A stretch of DNA of 42,398 bases, taken from contig JACVRX010000001.1 of the NCBI GenBank assembly GCA_014534205.1, positions 1 through 42,398 on the forward strand, read 5' to 3'. The notes under the pieces are model-generated. The model did no database searches. It was given only the letters and a program-made list of their open reading frames with translations, and had not been told where the DNA came from. The first letter of the stretch is position 1. Each line of letters opens with the position of its first letter. This stretch comes from Jiangellaceae bacterium. GTDB lineage: Bacteria > Actinomycetota > Actinomycetes > Jiangellales > Jiangellaceae. Position numbers and translations under genes: made by a program. Of this stretch, positions 7,512 to 15,861 are shown piece after piece.

Positions 7512-9968
7512 GTGGAAGCATCGGCAACGATGGCGGATACCGGAGTGGACGAGACGCGGGTCCCGGTCCGGGAGATCACGGTCGAGGAGCCGCCGCTTCC
7601 GCGGCGCACCCGCCGGCCGATGGACGTCCTGCGGCTGGTCATCACTGCCCTCGGCGCGGTCGCAATCGTCGGTCTGGCGATCGTCGGCGAACGCACGGCG
7701 ACCGGCCTGGGCGAGGATCTTGCGGAACTCGGCGAGCGGCTGCCACCCGGCCCGGTGGAGCTGCTCGACCTCACCGCCAGCCTGGTCAGCGTGGTCCTGC
7801 CACCGCTGGTCGTAGTCGTGCTCATGGTCCGCGGCCGGCTACGGGCCACCGCGGAGCTCCTCATCGCCGGCGCCATTGCAGCGGTGATAGCCGCCGCGGT
7901 CTCGACGCTCCTCCGCGACGCCGACCCCGGACTCATCGGCGGCGCATTCCAGCCGGTCGACAAACAGGCGGCGACCGAAACCGTGGAACCGGTCGCTCCG
8001 GGGGTCAACGGACCGGCCCAGCTGGTGCCCGCGTACCCAGCGCTGCTCGTCGCCGTGGTCACCGTGACGGCCTGGCTCAACCTGCGCCGAGTCCGGCACG
8101 CCACGATCTTTGCCGTCACCGCGAGCATCGCGGTCGGACTGCTCGAAGGGGTGACGACCGTCCCCGGAGCGCTGCTGTCTCTCGGCATCGGCCGCACGGT
8201 CGGGCTCGGCGTCAGGCTGGCGAGCGGACGCCCGTCGACCGCGCCGGACGGCCGGGCTGTGGGCGTGCTGCTACGCACCGAGGGCTACGACGTGCATGCG
8301 GTTCGTGCTCAGCGGGTGGACCAGCATCGGCGCTACGTCGTCGAGACGTCGACCGGGCCACTGGGCGTGCTGGTCCTCGACCGCGAGAACGAAGGGGCCG
8401 GCCTGCTGGCCGCTCTCATCGCCCAGGCGCGCACCCGCGAAGAAGTGCTGCCCCACGAGGAGCTCAGCCTGCGCGGCGCCCTCGACCGCGCCGCCCTGCT
8501 GTCGCTGGCCCTCAGCGGAGCGGGCGCCCGGACGCCCCGATTACGCCAGGCGCTCAACATCGGCGACGACGCCGCGGTGCTCGTGTTCGACCACATTCCC
8601 GGCCGGCCGCTCGCGGATGTGCGGCCCGGCGAGGTAACCGACGCCGTGCTGGCCGACTTGTGGCAGCAGGTGCAGCACCTGCACCAGAGCCAGGTGGCAC
8701 ACCGGCGGCTCTCCGCACGCACCATCCTGGTCGGAGACGACGGAAAGGTGTGGTTGCTCAACCCGTCCGGCGGCGAGATCGCCGCTCCGGACCTGGCGCT
8801 GCGGGTGGATCTGGCGCAGGCACTGGTCACCGTCGGGCTGGTCGTGGGCCCGGACCGGGCCGTCTCGACTGCGATCACCGCATTGGGCCCGGAACAAGTC
8901 GCCTCGGCGCTCCCGGTGCTGCAGCCCATCGCGCTCGCCCGGACGACGCGACGCGCGCTGCGCCGAAACCACGCCCTGGTCCGGCAGCTGCGCGACCGCA
9001 TCGTCGCACGTACCAAGCTCGAAGAGCCGGTACCGATCCGAATAGAACGAGTGCGGCCGCTTTCGCTGCTCACCGGTCTGGGGGCAGTTCTTGCCGTCTA
9101 CCTCGTGGGCACTCAGCTCGCCGAAGCACCAGTCGGGACATTGCTGTCCCAGGTGCAGTGGGGCTGGGTAGCCCTTGCGCTCGTGTCGATGGCCGTCAAC
9201 TTCGTCGGCGCTGCGTACGCATTACTCGGGTTCGTGCCCGAGCACGTGCCGTTCTGGCGCACGTACGGAGCTCAGGTCTGCCTCGGCTTCGTCCGGCTGG
9301 CCGCGCCAGCCGCAGTCGGTACCGCGGCGATCAACCTGCGCCTGCTGTCTCGGGCTGGTATCGGCGGCCCGCCGGCCGCGGCCAGCGTCGCAGCGAACCA
9401 AGCGGGGAACGTAGCCGTCTCCATTCCGCTGATCATCGTGCTGGGCATCGTCACGGGGTCGTCGGCGACGTTCAGCCTGGACCCGTCGCCCACGACACTG
9501 GCCATCCTGGCCGGCGCAATCGTGCTGGCCGGCGTGCTTCTGCTCATGCCGCCGATTCGGATCAGGGCCCGCGCCGTGTGGGACGACTTCACCAGGCGGG
9601 GACTGCCACGCCTGCTCGACGTCCTCGGCAACCCGCGCAAACTCACCGAGGCCGTCGGCGGCACGCTGCTACAGGCGGCAGCGCTGGTGTTCTGCTTCTA
9701 CGCCTGCATCCGAGCGCTCGGCTCCGACGTCAACATCGCCGCGCTCGCCGTCGTCCAGCTCGTCGGCAACACGGTCGGCTCTGCGGTGCCGACGCCCGGC
9801 GGCCTGGGCGCCGTCGAGGCCGCGCTGACCGCCGGGGTTACCGCGCTCGGCGTCGGCAGCGGCGTCGGGGTGTCGGCCGTGCTGCTGTTCCGCATCGTGA
9901 CGTTCTGGCTGCCGATCCTGCCCGGCTGGATCCTGTGGACCCAGATGCAGAAGCGCGGCCTGCTCTAG
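7512..9968 (+). CDS. Large integral membrane protein: N-terminal TM region, central kinase-like (probably inactive) domain, and C-terminal lysyl-phosphatidylglycerol-synthase-TM / flippase-like (UPF0104) domain
   Basis: ORF 7512..9968 (GTG; alternative ATG at 7530). The C-terminal region is hydrophobic and carries VPTPGGLGAVEAALTAG, typical of the UPF0104/LPG_synthase_TM family. The central region has HLHQSQVAHRRLSARTILVGDDGKVWLLNPSGG, resembling a kinase catalytic loop. Confidence 0.8.
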   Translation: MEASATMADTGVDETRVPVREITVEEPPLPRRTRRPMDVLRLVITALGAVAIVGLAIVGERTATGLGEDLAELGERLPPGPVELLDLTASLVSVVLPPLVVVVLMVRGRLRATAELLIAGAIAAVIAAAVSTLLRDADPGLIGGAFQPVDKQAATETVEPVAPGVNGPAQLVPAYPALLVAVVTVTAWLNLRRVRHATIFAVTASIAVGLLEGVTTVPGALLSLGIGRTVGLGVRLASGRPSTAPDGRAVGVLLRTEGYDVHAVRAQRVDQHRRYVVETSTGPLGVLVLDRENEGAGLLAALIAQARTREEVLPHEELSLRGALDRAALLSLALSGAGARTPRLRQALNIGDDAAVLVFDHIPGRPLADVRPGEVTDAVLADLWQQVQHLHQSQVAHRRLSARTILVGDDGKVWLLNPSGGEIAAPDLALRVDLAQALVTVGLVVGPDRAVSTAITALGPEQVASALPVLQPIALARTTRRALRRNHALVRQLRDRIVARTKLEEPVPIRIERVRPLSLLTGLGAVLAVYLVGTQLAEAPVGTLLSQVQWGWVALALVSMAVNFVGAAYALLGFVPEHVPFWRTYGAQVCLGFVRLAAPAAVGTAAINLRLLSRAGIGGPPAAASVAANQAGNVAVSIPLIIVLGIVTGSSATFSLDPSPTTLAILAGAIVLAGVLLLMPPIRIRARAVWDDFTRRGLPRLLDVLGNPRKLTEAVGGTLLQAAALVFCFYACIRALGSDVNIAALAVVQLVGNTVGSAVPTPGGLGAVEAALTAGVTALGVGSGVGVSAVLLFRIVTFWLPILPGWILWTQMQKRGLL

Positions 9969-10004
9969 CCGCTTGGCCGCTACCCCAGATGGGCAGTCGG
10001 CCGG

Positions 10005-11207
10005 TCAATAGGACGGCTGCGAGGAGTCGATCTGACGCACCCACGCGGCGACGCCACCGCCCACGTGTACCGCGTCGGCGTAGCCCGCGCCCTTGACGAT
10101 GGCCAGCGCGTCAGCGGACCGGGACCCCATCTTGCAGTGCAGTACGACCTGCTTGTCCGACGGCAGTCGCTCCAGTGCGTCCCCGCTGAGGAACTCACCC
10201 TTCGGGATGAGCACCGAGCCCGGGATGCGGTTGATCTCGTACTCCGCCGGCTCCCGGACGTCCACCAGCACGAAGTCACGCTCGCCGCGGTCGCGCGCCG
10301 CAAGCCAGTCGGCCAGCGTGTGCACGGAGATCGTCGAGTCCACGGCAGCCGCCGCCGCTTCGTCGCTCAGCACGCCGCAGAACGCCTCGTAGTCGACCAG
10401 TTCGGTGATCGTGGGGTTCTCGCCGCAGATCGCGCACTCGGGGTCCTTGCGCACCGACACCGTCCGGTACGACATCTCCAGCGCGTCGTAGATCAGCAGC
10501 CGGCCGAGCAGCGGCGCGCCGATGCCCGTCAGCAGCTTGATCACCTCGGTCACCTGCACCGAGCCGACCGACGCGCACAGCACCCCGAGCACACCGCCCT
10601 CCGCGCATGACGGCACCATCCCGGCCGGTGGTGGCTCCGGGTACAGGCAGCGGTAGCACGGGCTGGTGCCGCCCGGCGCGGTGGCCCAGAACACTGACGC
10701 CTGCCCGTCGAACCGGTAGATCGAACCCCACACGTACGGCTTGCCGAGCAGCACGCAAGCGTCGTTGACCAGATAACGGGTGGCGAAGTTGTCGGTACCG
10801 TCCAGGATGAGGTCGTAGTCGGCAAAGATCCGCATCACGTTGTCGTTGTCGAGACGCTCCTCGTGCACCACGACGGTGACGTACGGGTTGATCTCGGCGA
10901 CACTCGCCTTCGCCGACAATGCCTTGGGCGTGCCGATGTCGGACTGTCCGTGGATGACCTGCCGCTGCAGGTTGGACTCGTCGACGACGTCGAAGTCGAC
11001 GACACCCAGCGTGCCGACACCGGCGGCGGCCAGGTACATCAGGGCGGGCGAGCCGAGCCCGCCGGCGCCGATCACGAGCACCCGGGCGTTCTTCAGCCGC
11101 TTCTGGCCGGCCATGCCGACATCCGGGATGATCAGGTGCCGGGAGTACCGGCGGACTTCGTCGACGCTCAGGTGGTCTGCGGGTTGGACCAGAGGGGGCA
11201 GCGACAC
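10005..11207 (-). CDS. moeZ: Adenylyltransferase/sulfurtransferase MoeZ (ThiF/MoeB E1-like domain plus C-terminal rhodanese)
   Basis: ORF 10005..11342, trimmed to GTG 11207 (VSLPPLVQPADHLSVDEVRRYSRHLIIPDVGMAGQKRLKNARVLVIGAGGLGSP). It has CxxC pairs (CYRC, CAIC). The rhodanese active site is VLHCKMGSRS. Confidence 0.9.
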   Translation of the reverse strand: MSLPPLVQPADHLSVDEVRRYSRHLIIPDVGMAGQKRLKNARVLVIGAGGLGSPALMYLAAAGVGTLGVVDFDVVDESNLQRQVIHGQSDIGTPKALSAKASVAEINPYVTVVVHEERLDNDNVMRIFADYDLILDGTDNFATRYLVNDACVLLGKPYVWGSIYRFDGQASVFWATAPGGTSPCYRCLYPEPPPAGMVPSCAEGGVLGVLCASVGSVQVTEVIKLLTGIGAPLLGRLLIYDALEMSYRTVSVRKDPECAICGENPTITELVDYEAFCGVLSDEAAAAAVDSTISVHTLADWLAARDRGERDFVLVDVREPAEYEINRIPGSVLIPKGEFLSGDALERLPSDKQVVLHCKMGSRSADALAIVKGAGYADAVHVGGGVAAWVRQIDSSQPSY

Positions 11208-11225
11208 GTCGGCTCCGAATCGGGC

Positions 11226-11273
11226 TCTGCAATGCGGGCGGTCTGCAATGCGGGCAGTCTGCAATGCGGGCGG
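11226..11273. repeat. Tandem direct repeat, 3 x 16 nt (TCTGCAATGCGGGCRG)
   Basis: Units at 11226-11241, 11242-11257 and 11258-11273 differ at one base. The array lies 19 nt upstream of the moeZ start, in the moeZ / acidic-protein divergent spacer. Confidence 0.9.
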
Positions 11274-11387
11274 GTTGTGCGGTCGTCCACCCCAACGGTG
11301 CCATCCACCAGGCGATTCCCGCGCACCAGGTCCGGCTGACAAGACGCCTGTAGGCTCGGTTGCTCCCCGGACGACAGGAGGGCGCGA

Positions 11388-11606
11388 ATGTCCGAAAGCG
11401 ACATCAGCGAGGTGGAGGACGTCTGGTCGCCGGGCGCTGAACCGGTCGAGCCGGACCTGGAGGCACCGGAGGCCGACGCCGTCGAGCAGCAGCAGGACGT
11501 CCTGGTCGCCGACGACGAGCCGCCTGCCGTGCCGTACGACGTCGATCCGGCCGACGCGGCGGAGCAGAGCCGGACCGTCCCGTACGACGAGGACGACTAC
11601 CGCTGA
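11388..11606 (+). CDS. Small, highly acidic hypothetical protein (72 aa)
   Basis: The ATG is preceded by AGGAGG 7 nt upstream. Third-position GC is high. The sequence is MSESDISEVEDVW...PPAVPYDVDPADAAEQSRTVPYDEDDYR, with two VPYDxD motifs. Confidence 0.6.
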   Translation: MSESDISEVEDVWSPGAEPVEPDLEAPEADAVEQQQDVLVADDEPPAVPYDVDPADAAEQSRTVPYDEDDYR

Positions 11607-11626
11607 GCGGGCAGATCAGCGCGACA

Positions 11627-12244
11627 ATGGATGCCGACGCGCCGGCGCGCGGCGTGCGCCTGCCCCGCTCCGCTCGGCGCGCGCAGCTGCTTAGGGCCGC
11701 GCACGACGTGTTCGTCGCCAACGGGTACCACGCGGCGGCGATGGACGAGATCGCCGAGCGGGCCGGTGTCAGCAAGCCCGTGCTGTACCAGCACTTCCCG
11801 AGCAAGCTCGACCTGTACCTGGCGTTGCTCGACGAAAGCAGCGAGGCGCTGTTGCGCCGGCTCCATGACGCGATGCAGTCGACCGACGACAACGAGGAGC
11901 GGGTCATGGCCACCATGGCCGCCTATTTCGCCTTCGTCGACGACCCGGCGGAGACGTACCGGCTGCTGTTCGAGTCGGACCTGATCAACGAGCCGGCCGT
12001 GCGCGAGCGGCTGGACAAGTTCAATGCGGCGTGCTCGGACGAGGCCGCGAAGATCATCGCCGAGGACACCGGCCTGCCGATGGAGGAGTCGACGCTGCTC
12101 GCCGTCGGTCTGGTCGGCGTGGCCCAAGTCTCAGCGCGGTACTGGCTCGATGCGGAGGGCTCGATTCCGCGCGACGCCGCCGCGCGGCTGGTGGCGACGC
12201 TCTCCTGGCGGGGAATCCGCGGGTTCCCCAAGCGCGACGGCTGA
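11627..12244 (+). CDS. TetR-family transcriptional regulator
   Basis: N-terminal HTH: RRAQLLRAAHDVFVANGYHAAAMDEIAERAGVSKPVLYQHFPSKLDLY. Confidence 0.9.
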   Translation: MDADAPARGVRLPRSARRAQLLRAAHDVFVANGYHAAAMDEIAERAGVSKPVLYQHFPSKLDLYLALLDESSEALLRRLHDAMQSTDDNEERVMATMAAYFAFVDDPAETYRLLFESDLINEPAVRERLDKFNAACSDEAAKIIAEDTGLPMEESTLLAVGLVGVAQVSARYWLDAEGSIPRDAAARLVATLSWRGIRGFPKRDG

Positions 12245-12412
12245 CCGTCCGGGCGGCGCTCATCCGGCCGTCCCGACCCGCGGCTGCCGTGCCCCCATCG
12301 GCAGGCCCGCACGTACGGACCCGGATCCCGTGCATACGGCGGGCGACTGATGCGCCCAGGCGCCGTCGTATGGACCCAAACCCGCCGTTCAGGCGGCCGG
12401 CGACCCTTGCAC

Positions 12413-12494
12413 CCATCACCAGGCCTGCCCGTACATCACCAGGCCTGCAGGCCTGGTGATGTACGGGCAGGGGTGGTGTACGTGGTCATTCCAG
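12413..12494 (+). repeat. Palindromic intergenic repeat, copy B (contains a perfect 48-nt palindrome at 12424-12471)
   Basis: CCATCACCAGGCCTGCCCGTACATCACCAGGCCTGCAGGCCTGGTGATGTACGGGCAGGGGTGGTGTACGTGGTCATTCCAG. It lies between the TetR gene and the DUF3107 gene. Confidence 0.95.
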
Positions 12495-12575
12495 AACGGC
12501 GAGGAGGCCCGGCTAGCCTGGCGATCGGAAAGACACGTGGGCGCGGCGGCGCGCCGAGCGAGTGAGAGGTGGCCC

Positions 12576-12803
12576 GTGGAGGTCAAGATCGGAGTTCACA
12601 ACGCGACCCGAGAGCTGATCTTGGAGAGCACGCAGACGCCCGAGGAGGTCGAGAAGGCCGTGATGGACGCGCTCGGCGGCAAGAGCGATGTCCTCGACCT
12701 GACCGACGACCGGGGTCGTCGGGTCATCGTGGCGACGGCCCATCTCACCTACGTCGAGATCGGCGAGCAGATCGAGCGCCGGGTCGGCTTCGGCGCGCTG
12801 TGA
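12576..12803 (+). CDS. DUF3107-family protein (TB9.4-like)
   Basis: ORF 12456..12803, trimmed to GTG 12576 because the upstream part is repeat copy B. The sequence VEVKIGVHNATRELILESTQTPEEVEKAVMDALGGKSDVLDLTDDRGRRVIVATAHLTYVEIG resembles the conserved mycobacterial TB9.4 protein as I recall it. Confidence 0.75.
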   Translation: MEVKIGVHNATRELILESTQTPEEVEKAVMDALGGKSDVLDLTDDRGRRVIVATAHLTYVEIGEQIERRVGFGAL

Positions 12804-12905
12804 CGGCCGGCACGACACGCCATTCGGTTAGACGTCCTCGCCCGCACGGCCCGCAGGGGGCAGGCTGAGCCGCGCCACGCATACCCGGCTGGAGGGGCAA
12901 GGGAC

Positions 12906-13172
12906 ATGACAATCGGTGGAGTGATCTCGGCGATCATCATCGGCGCGATCATCGGTGCGCTGGGCAGGCTGGCGGTACCTGGCAAGCAGGCGATCCCGAT
13001 CTGGCTGACGATCCTCATCGGCATCGCCGCAGCACTGATCGGCTCGTGGATCGTCGGATCACTGACCGACACCCCGGGCATCGACTGGATCGAGATCCTG
13101 GTGCAAGTACTGCTGGCCGCGATCGGCGTGTTTGCCGTCGCCCGGTTGCGCGGCGGTACCCGAGCGCCCTGA
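12906..13172 (+). CDS. GlsB/YeaQ/YmgE-family small membrane protein (transglycosylase-associated)
   Basis: MTIGGVISAIIIGAIIGALGRLAVPGKQAIPIWLTILIGIAAALIGSWI. GGAGGGG lies upstream of the ATG. Confidence 0.8.
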   Translation: MTIGGVISAIIIGAIIGALGRLAVPGKQAIPIWLTILIGIAAALIGSWIVGSLTDTPGIDWIEILVQVLLAAIGVFAVARLRGGTRAP

Positions 13173-13191
13173 CGCGGGCGCCCGCCCATGA

Positions 13192-13890
13192 TCATGGCCT
13201 TAAACCGAGCGCGTCCATCCGCTTCGTGTGGTTCTCGGTCAGCCGCGCGAAAACGTGCCCGATGGCGGCCAGATCCATGCCGGGCCGGTCGACCCCGCCG
13301 GTGATGAGCGCGGTGAGCGAGTCGCGGTCCGCGGCAACTCGCTGCGCCTGCGACAGCGCTTCGCCAACCAGCCGCCGCGCCCACAACGCCAGCCGGCCAC
13401 TGACCTTCGGGTCGAAGTCGATCGCGGCGCGGACCCGCTCGACCGCGAAATCGGCGTGTCCGGTGTCGGCCAGCACGTCCAACACGAACGCCTTGGTGTC
13501 CGGATCCAGATAGGCCGCGACCTCGCGGTAGAAGTCCGCCGCGATGCCGTCACCCACATAGGCCTTGACCAGCCCCTCCAGCCAGTCCGCAGGCGCGGTG
13601 TGGTCGTGGAACGCGGTAAGCGCCGGAAGGAACGGCGCCATCGCGTCGTCCGGTTCGACGCCGAGCTCGCGCAGCCGCGTCTGCAGCCGCTCGAAGTGGT
13701 GGAACTCGGCAACGGCCATCGCTGACAGCGCGGCCTTGTCCGCCAGTGAAGGCGCCATCTCCGCGTCGGCGGCCAGCCGTTGGAATGCGATCAATTCGCC
13801 GAGACCGAGCACACCGAGCAGGTCGACGACCGCGGCACGGTACGCGGGGTCGTCGAGCGCCGCGGACGCCGGCCCGGCGGAGTCGCTCAT
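13192..13890 (-). CDS. Ferritin-like-fold protein (MiaE-like / conserved Ala-Val-rich protein)
   Basis: ORF 13192..14136, trimmed to ATG 13890 (MSDSAGPASAALDDPAYRAAVVDLLGVLGLGELIAFQRLAADAE...EFHHFERL...). The gene is divergent from the DEAD-box helicase gene. Confidence 0.7.
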   Translation of the reverse strand: MSDSAGPASAALDDPAYRAAVVDLLGVLGLGELIAFQRLAADAEMAPSLADKAALSAMAVAEFHHFERLQTRLRELGVEPDDAMAPFLPALTAFHDHTAPADWLEGLVKAYVGDGIAADFYREVAAYLDPDTKAFVLDVLADTGHADFAVERVRAAIDFDPKVSGRLALWARRLVGEALSQAQRVAADRDSLTALITGGVDRPGMDLAAIGHVFARLTENHTKRMDALGLRP

Positions 13891-13960
13891 GGCGCGCACC
13901 ATAACCGGTGCGGCAACGTGCATCACCGCGAAGCCCGGCCGACTGCGTTCGGTACAGTCG

Positions 13961-15547
13961 ATGTTGAAGTCGGACTGCAGAGGCGAGTTGACCACCTTCC
14001 GAGACCTCGGGGCGCTTAGCGCCATCGCCGACGCCCTCGAGCGCGTCGGCATCACCGAGCCCTTTCCGATCCAGGAGATGACGCTGCCGATCGCGCTTCT
14101 CGGCAGCGACGTGATCGGCCAAGCTCGCACCGGCACCGGGAAGACCCTCGCGTTCGGTATCCCGCTACTCCAGCGGATCGTCGCGCCGGACGATCGGGAT
14201 TACGAGCTGGCCGTGGCGCCAGGCATGCCGCAGGCGCTCGTCGTCGTCCCGGCCCGGGAACTGGCCGTGCAGGTGAGCGCCGACCTCTCCACCGCGTCCG
14301 CGACGCGGCGGGTCCGCATCGTGACAGTTTACGGCGGCCGGGCGTACGAGCCGCAGATCGCGGCGCTGACGAGCGGCATCGACGTGGTAGTCGGCACACC
14401 CGGCCGGCTGCTCGACCTGTCCGACCAGGGTCACCTCGACCTCCGGCATGTCCGGGTTCTAGTGCTCGACGAGGCGGACAAGATGCTCGACCTGGGCTTC
14501 CTGCCCGACGTCGAGAAGATCGTCGGGCTGACCCCGGAGCTCCGGCAGACCATGCTGTTCTCCGCGACTATGCCGGCCGAGATTGTGAGCCTGGCCAGGC
14601 GGTACATGCGCCATCCGCTGAACGTGCGGGCCGAGGCGCCGGACGAGACCCAAACTGTGCCTACGACGGCACAGTTCGTCTACCGGGCGCACCCACTGGA
14701 CAAGGCCGAGTTGATCGCGCGGGTGCTGCAGGCCGAAGACCGCGGCCTCACCATGATCTTCTGCCCGACCAAGCGCCAGGCCGCACGTATCGCCGACGAG
14801 CTGGTCGATCGCGGTTTCGCCGCCGCGGCCGTGCACGGCGACCTCGGCCAGGCGGCCCGCGAGCAGGCGCTGCGCGCCTTCCGCAGCGGCAAGGTCGACG
14901 TGCTCGTCGCCACGGACGTCGCCGCTCGCGGCATCGATGTCGAAGGCGTCACCCACGTCATCAACTACACCTGCCCGGAAGACGAAAAGATGTATCTGCA
15001 CCGAATCGGTCGCACCGGCCGGGCCGGTGCATCCGGCATCGCCATCACACTCGTGGACTGGGAGGACGTCCCGCGCTGGAAGACGATCAACAAGGCGCTG
15101 GGGCTGCCATACGACGAGCCGGTGGAGACGTACTCCTCCAGCCAGCACCTCTACCACGACCTCGGCATTCCGCCGGGTACGAGCGGCCGGCTGCCGGAAG
15201 CGGCACGGACCCGGGCCGGGCTGCGAGCCGAGCAGCTCGAGGACCTCGGAGAAACCGGTCGGACGCGGACTCGCGGACGTGGTGTCCGGGTCCGCGGCGG
15301 CGCCGATCGACGCCGCGGACCGCGATCGGAGCAGGCCGATCGCCGCGACGACGCCGAACGCACGACCGACCTCGAACGCCGGACCCGGCGTAGCCGTACC
15401 AGGCAGCGCACCCGGGCCGGTCAGCCCGTGCCCCGGCCGGCGCCCACAGCCCCCGCCGAGCCGGACACACTCGCACAGGCCACACCCACCGATGCCTCGC
15501 GTCGGCGGCGTCGCCGCCGGCGCAGCACCGGGCCGGCGGAGACCTGA
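13961..15547 (+). CDS. DEAD-box ATP-dependent RNA helicase with an Arg-rich C-terminal tail
   Basis: Frame of ORF 13565..15547, with the start placed at ATG 13961 (alternative TTG 13988). Motifs: AQARTGTGKT, PARELAVQ, VLDEADKML, SAT, HRIGRTGRAG. Confidence 0.9.
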   Translation: MLKSDCRGELTTFRDLGALSAIADALERVGITEPFPIQEMTLPIALLGSDVIGQARTGTGKTLAFGIPLLQRIVAPDDRDYELAVAPGMPQALVVVPARELAVQVSADLSTASATRRVRIVTVYGGRAYEPQIAALTSGIDVVVGTPGRLLDLSDQGHLDLRHVRVLVLDEADKMLDLGFLPDVEKIVGLTPELRQTMLFSATMPAEIVSLARRYMRHPLNVRAEAPDETQTVPTTAQFVYRAHPLDKAELIARVLQAEDRGLTMIFCPTKRQAARIADELVDRGFAAAAVHGDLGQAAREQALRAFRSGKVDVLVATDVAARGIDVEGVTHVINYTCPEDEKMYLHRIGRTGRAGASGIAITLVDWEDVPRWKTINKALGLPYDEPVETYSSSQHLYHDLGIPPGTSGRLPEAARTRAGLRAEQLEDLGETGRTRTRGRGVRVRGGADRRRGPRSEQADRRDDAERTTDLERRTRRSRTRQRTRAGQPVPRPAPTAPAEPDTLAQATPTDASRRRRRRRRSTGPAET

Positions 15548-15861
15548 CCGGCGCTGAGCGCAGCACGACCACCGGTGTGCCGACCGGTGCGAATCCCAGA
15601 GTGGCCTTGGCGTCGACGACGTCCTGGCGGATGCACCCGTCCGACAGGACGTGCCCAGCTGGGCCAGCGTTTGGACTTCCGTGCCGATGGAAGTGTCGAA
15701 GGGCTGTCGTGCCGCCGCCGCTCCTTGTCATGTCGCCCGGGTGACGCGCCGAGATGCGTTGCCCGGCTCGACATTCGCGATCGGTGCGCCGTCACGCGAC
15801 CGACGCGCGGGACGACGTAGGGGCGAAGCACACGTGCCACGCTGGCAGTTACCGTGGCCGC

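Noticed and set aside
7010-10096. 1028-aa plus-strand ORF, the longest 'gene' across the 7.5-10 kb region
   Set aside because: It is extremely Arg/Pro/Gly-rich and low in complexity, with no motifs. It is an alternative frame of the well-supported 818-aa membrane protein gene (7512..9968) and runs through repeat copy A. This is a typical high-GC off-frame artefact.
12350-12565. Short ORFs reading through the palindromic repeats and yielding recurring peptides (ITRPARTSPGLQAW, MVYVVIPE, GWCTWSFQ). Other examples are 23314..23592, 30330..31184 and 32948..33142.
   Set aside because: The recurrence follows from translating the same DNA repeat in different contexts and on both strands. Frames and flanks are not conserved, and there are no start-site signals.
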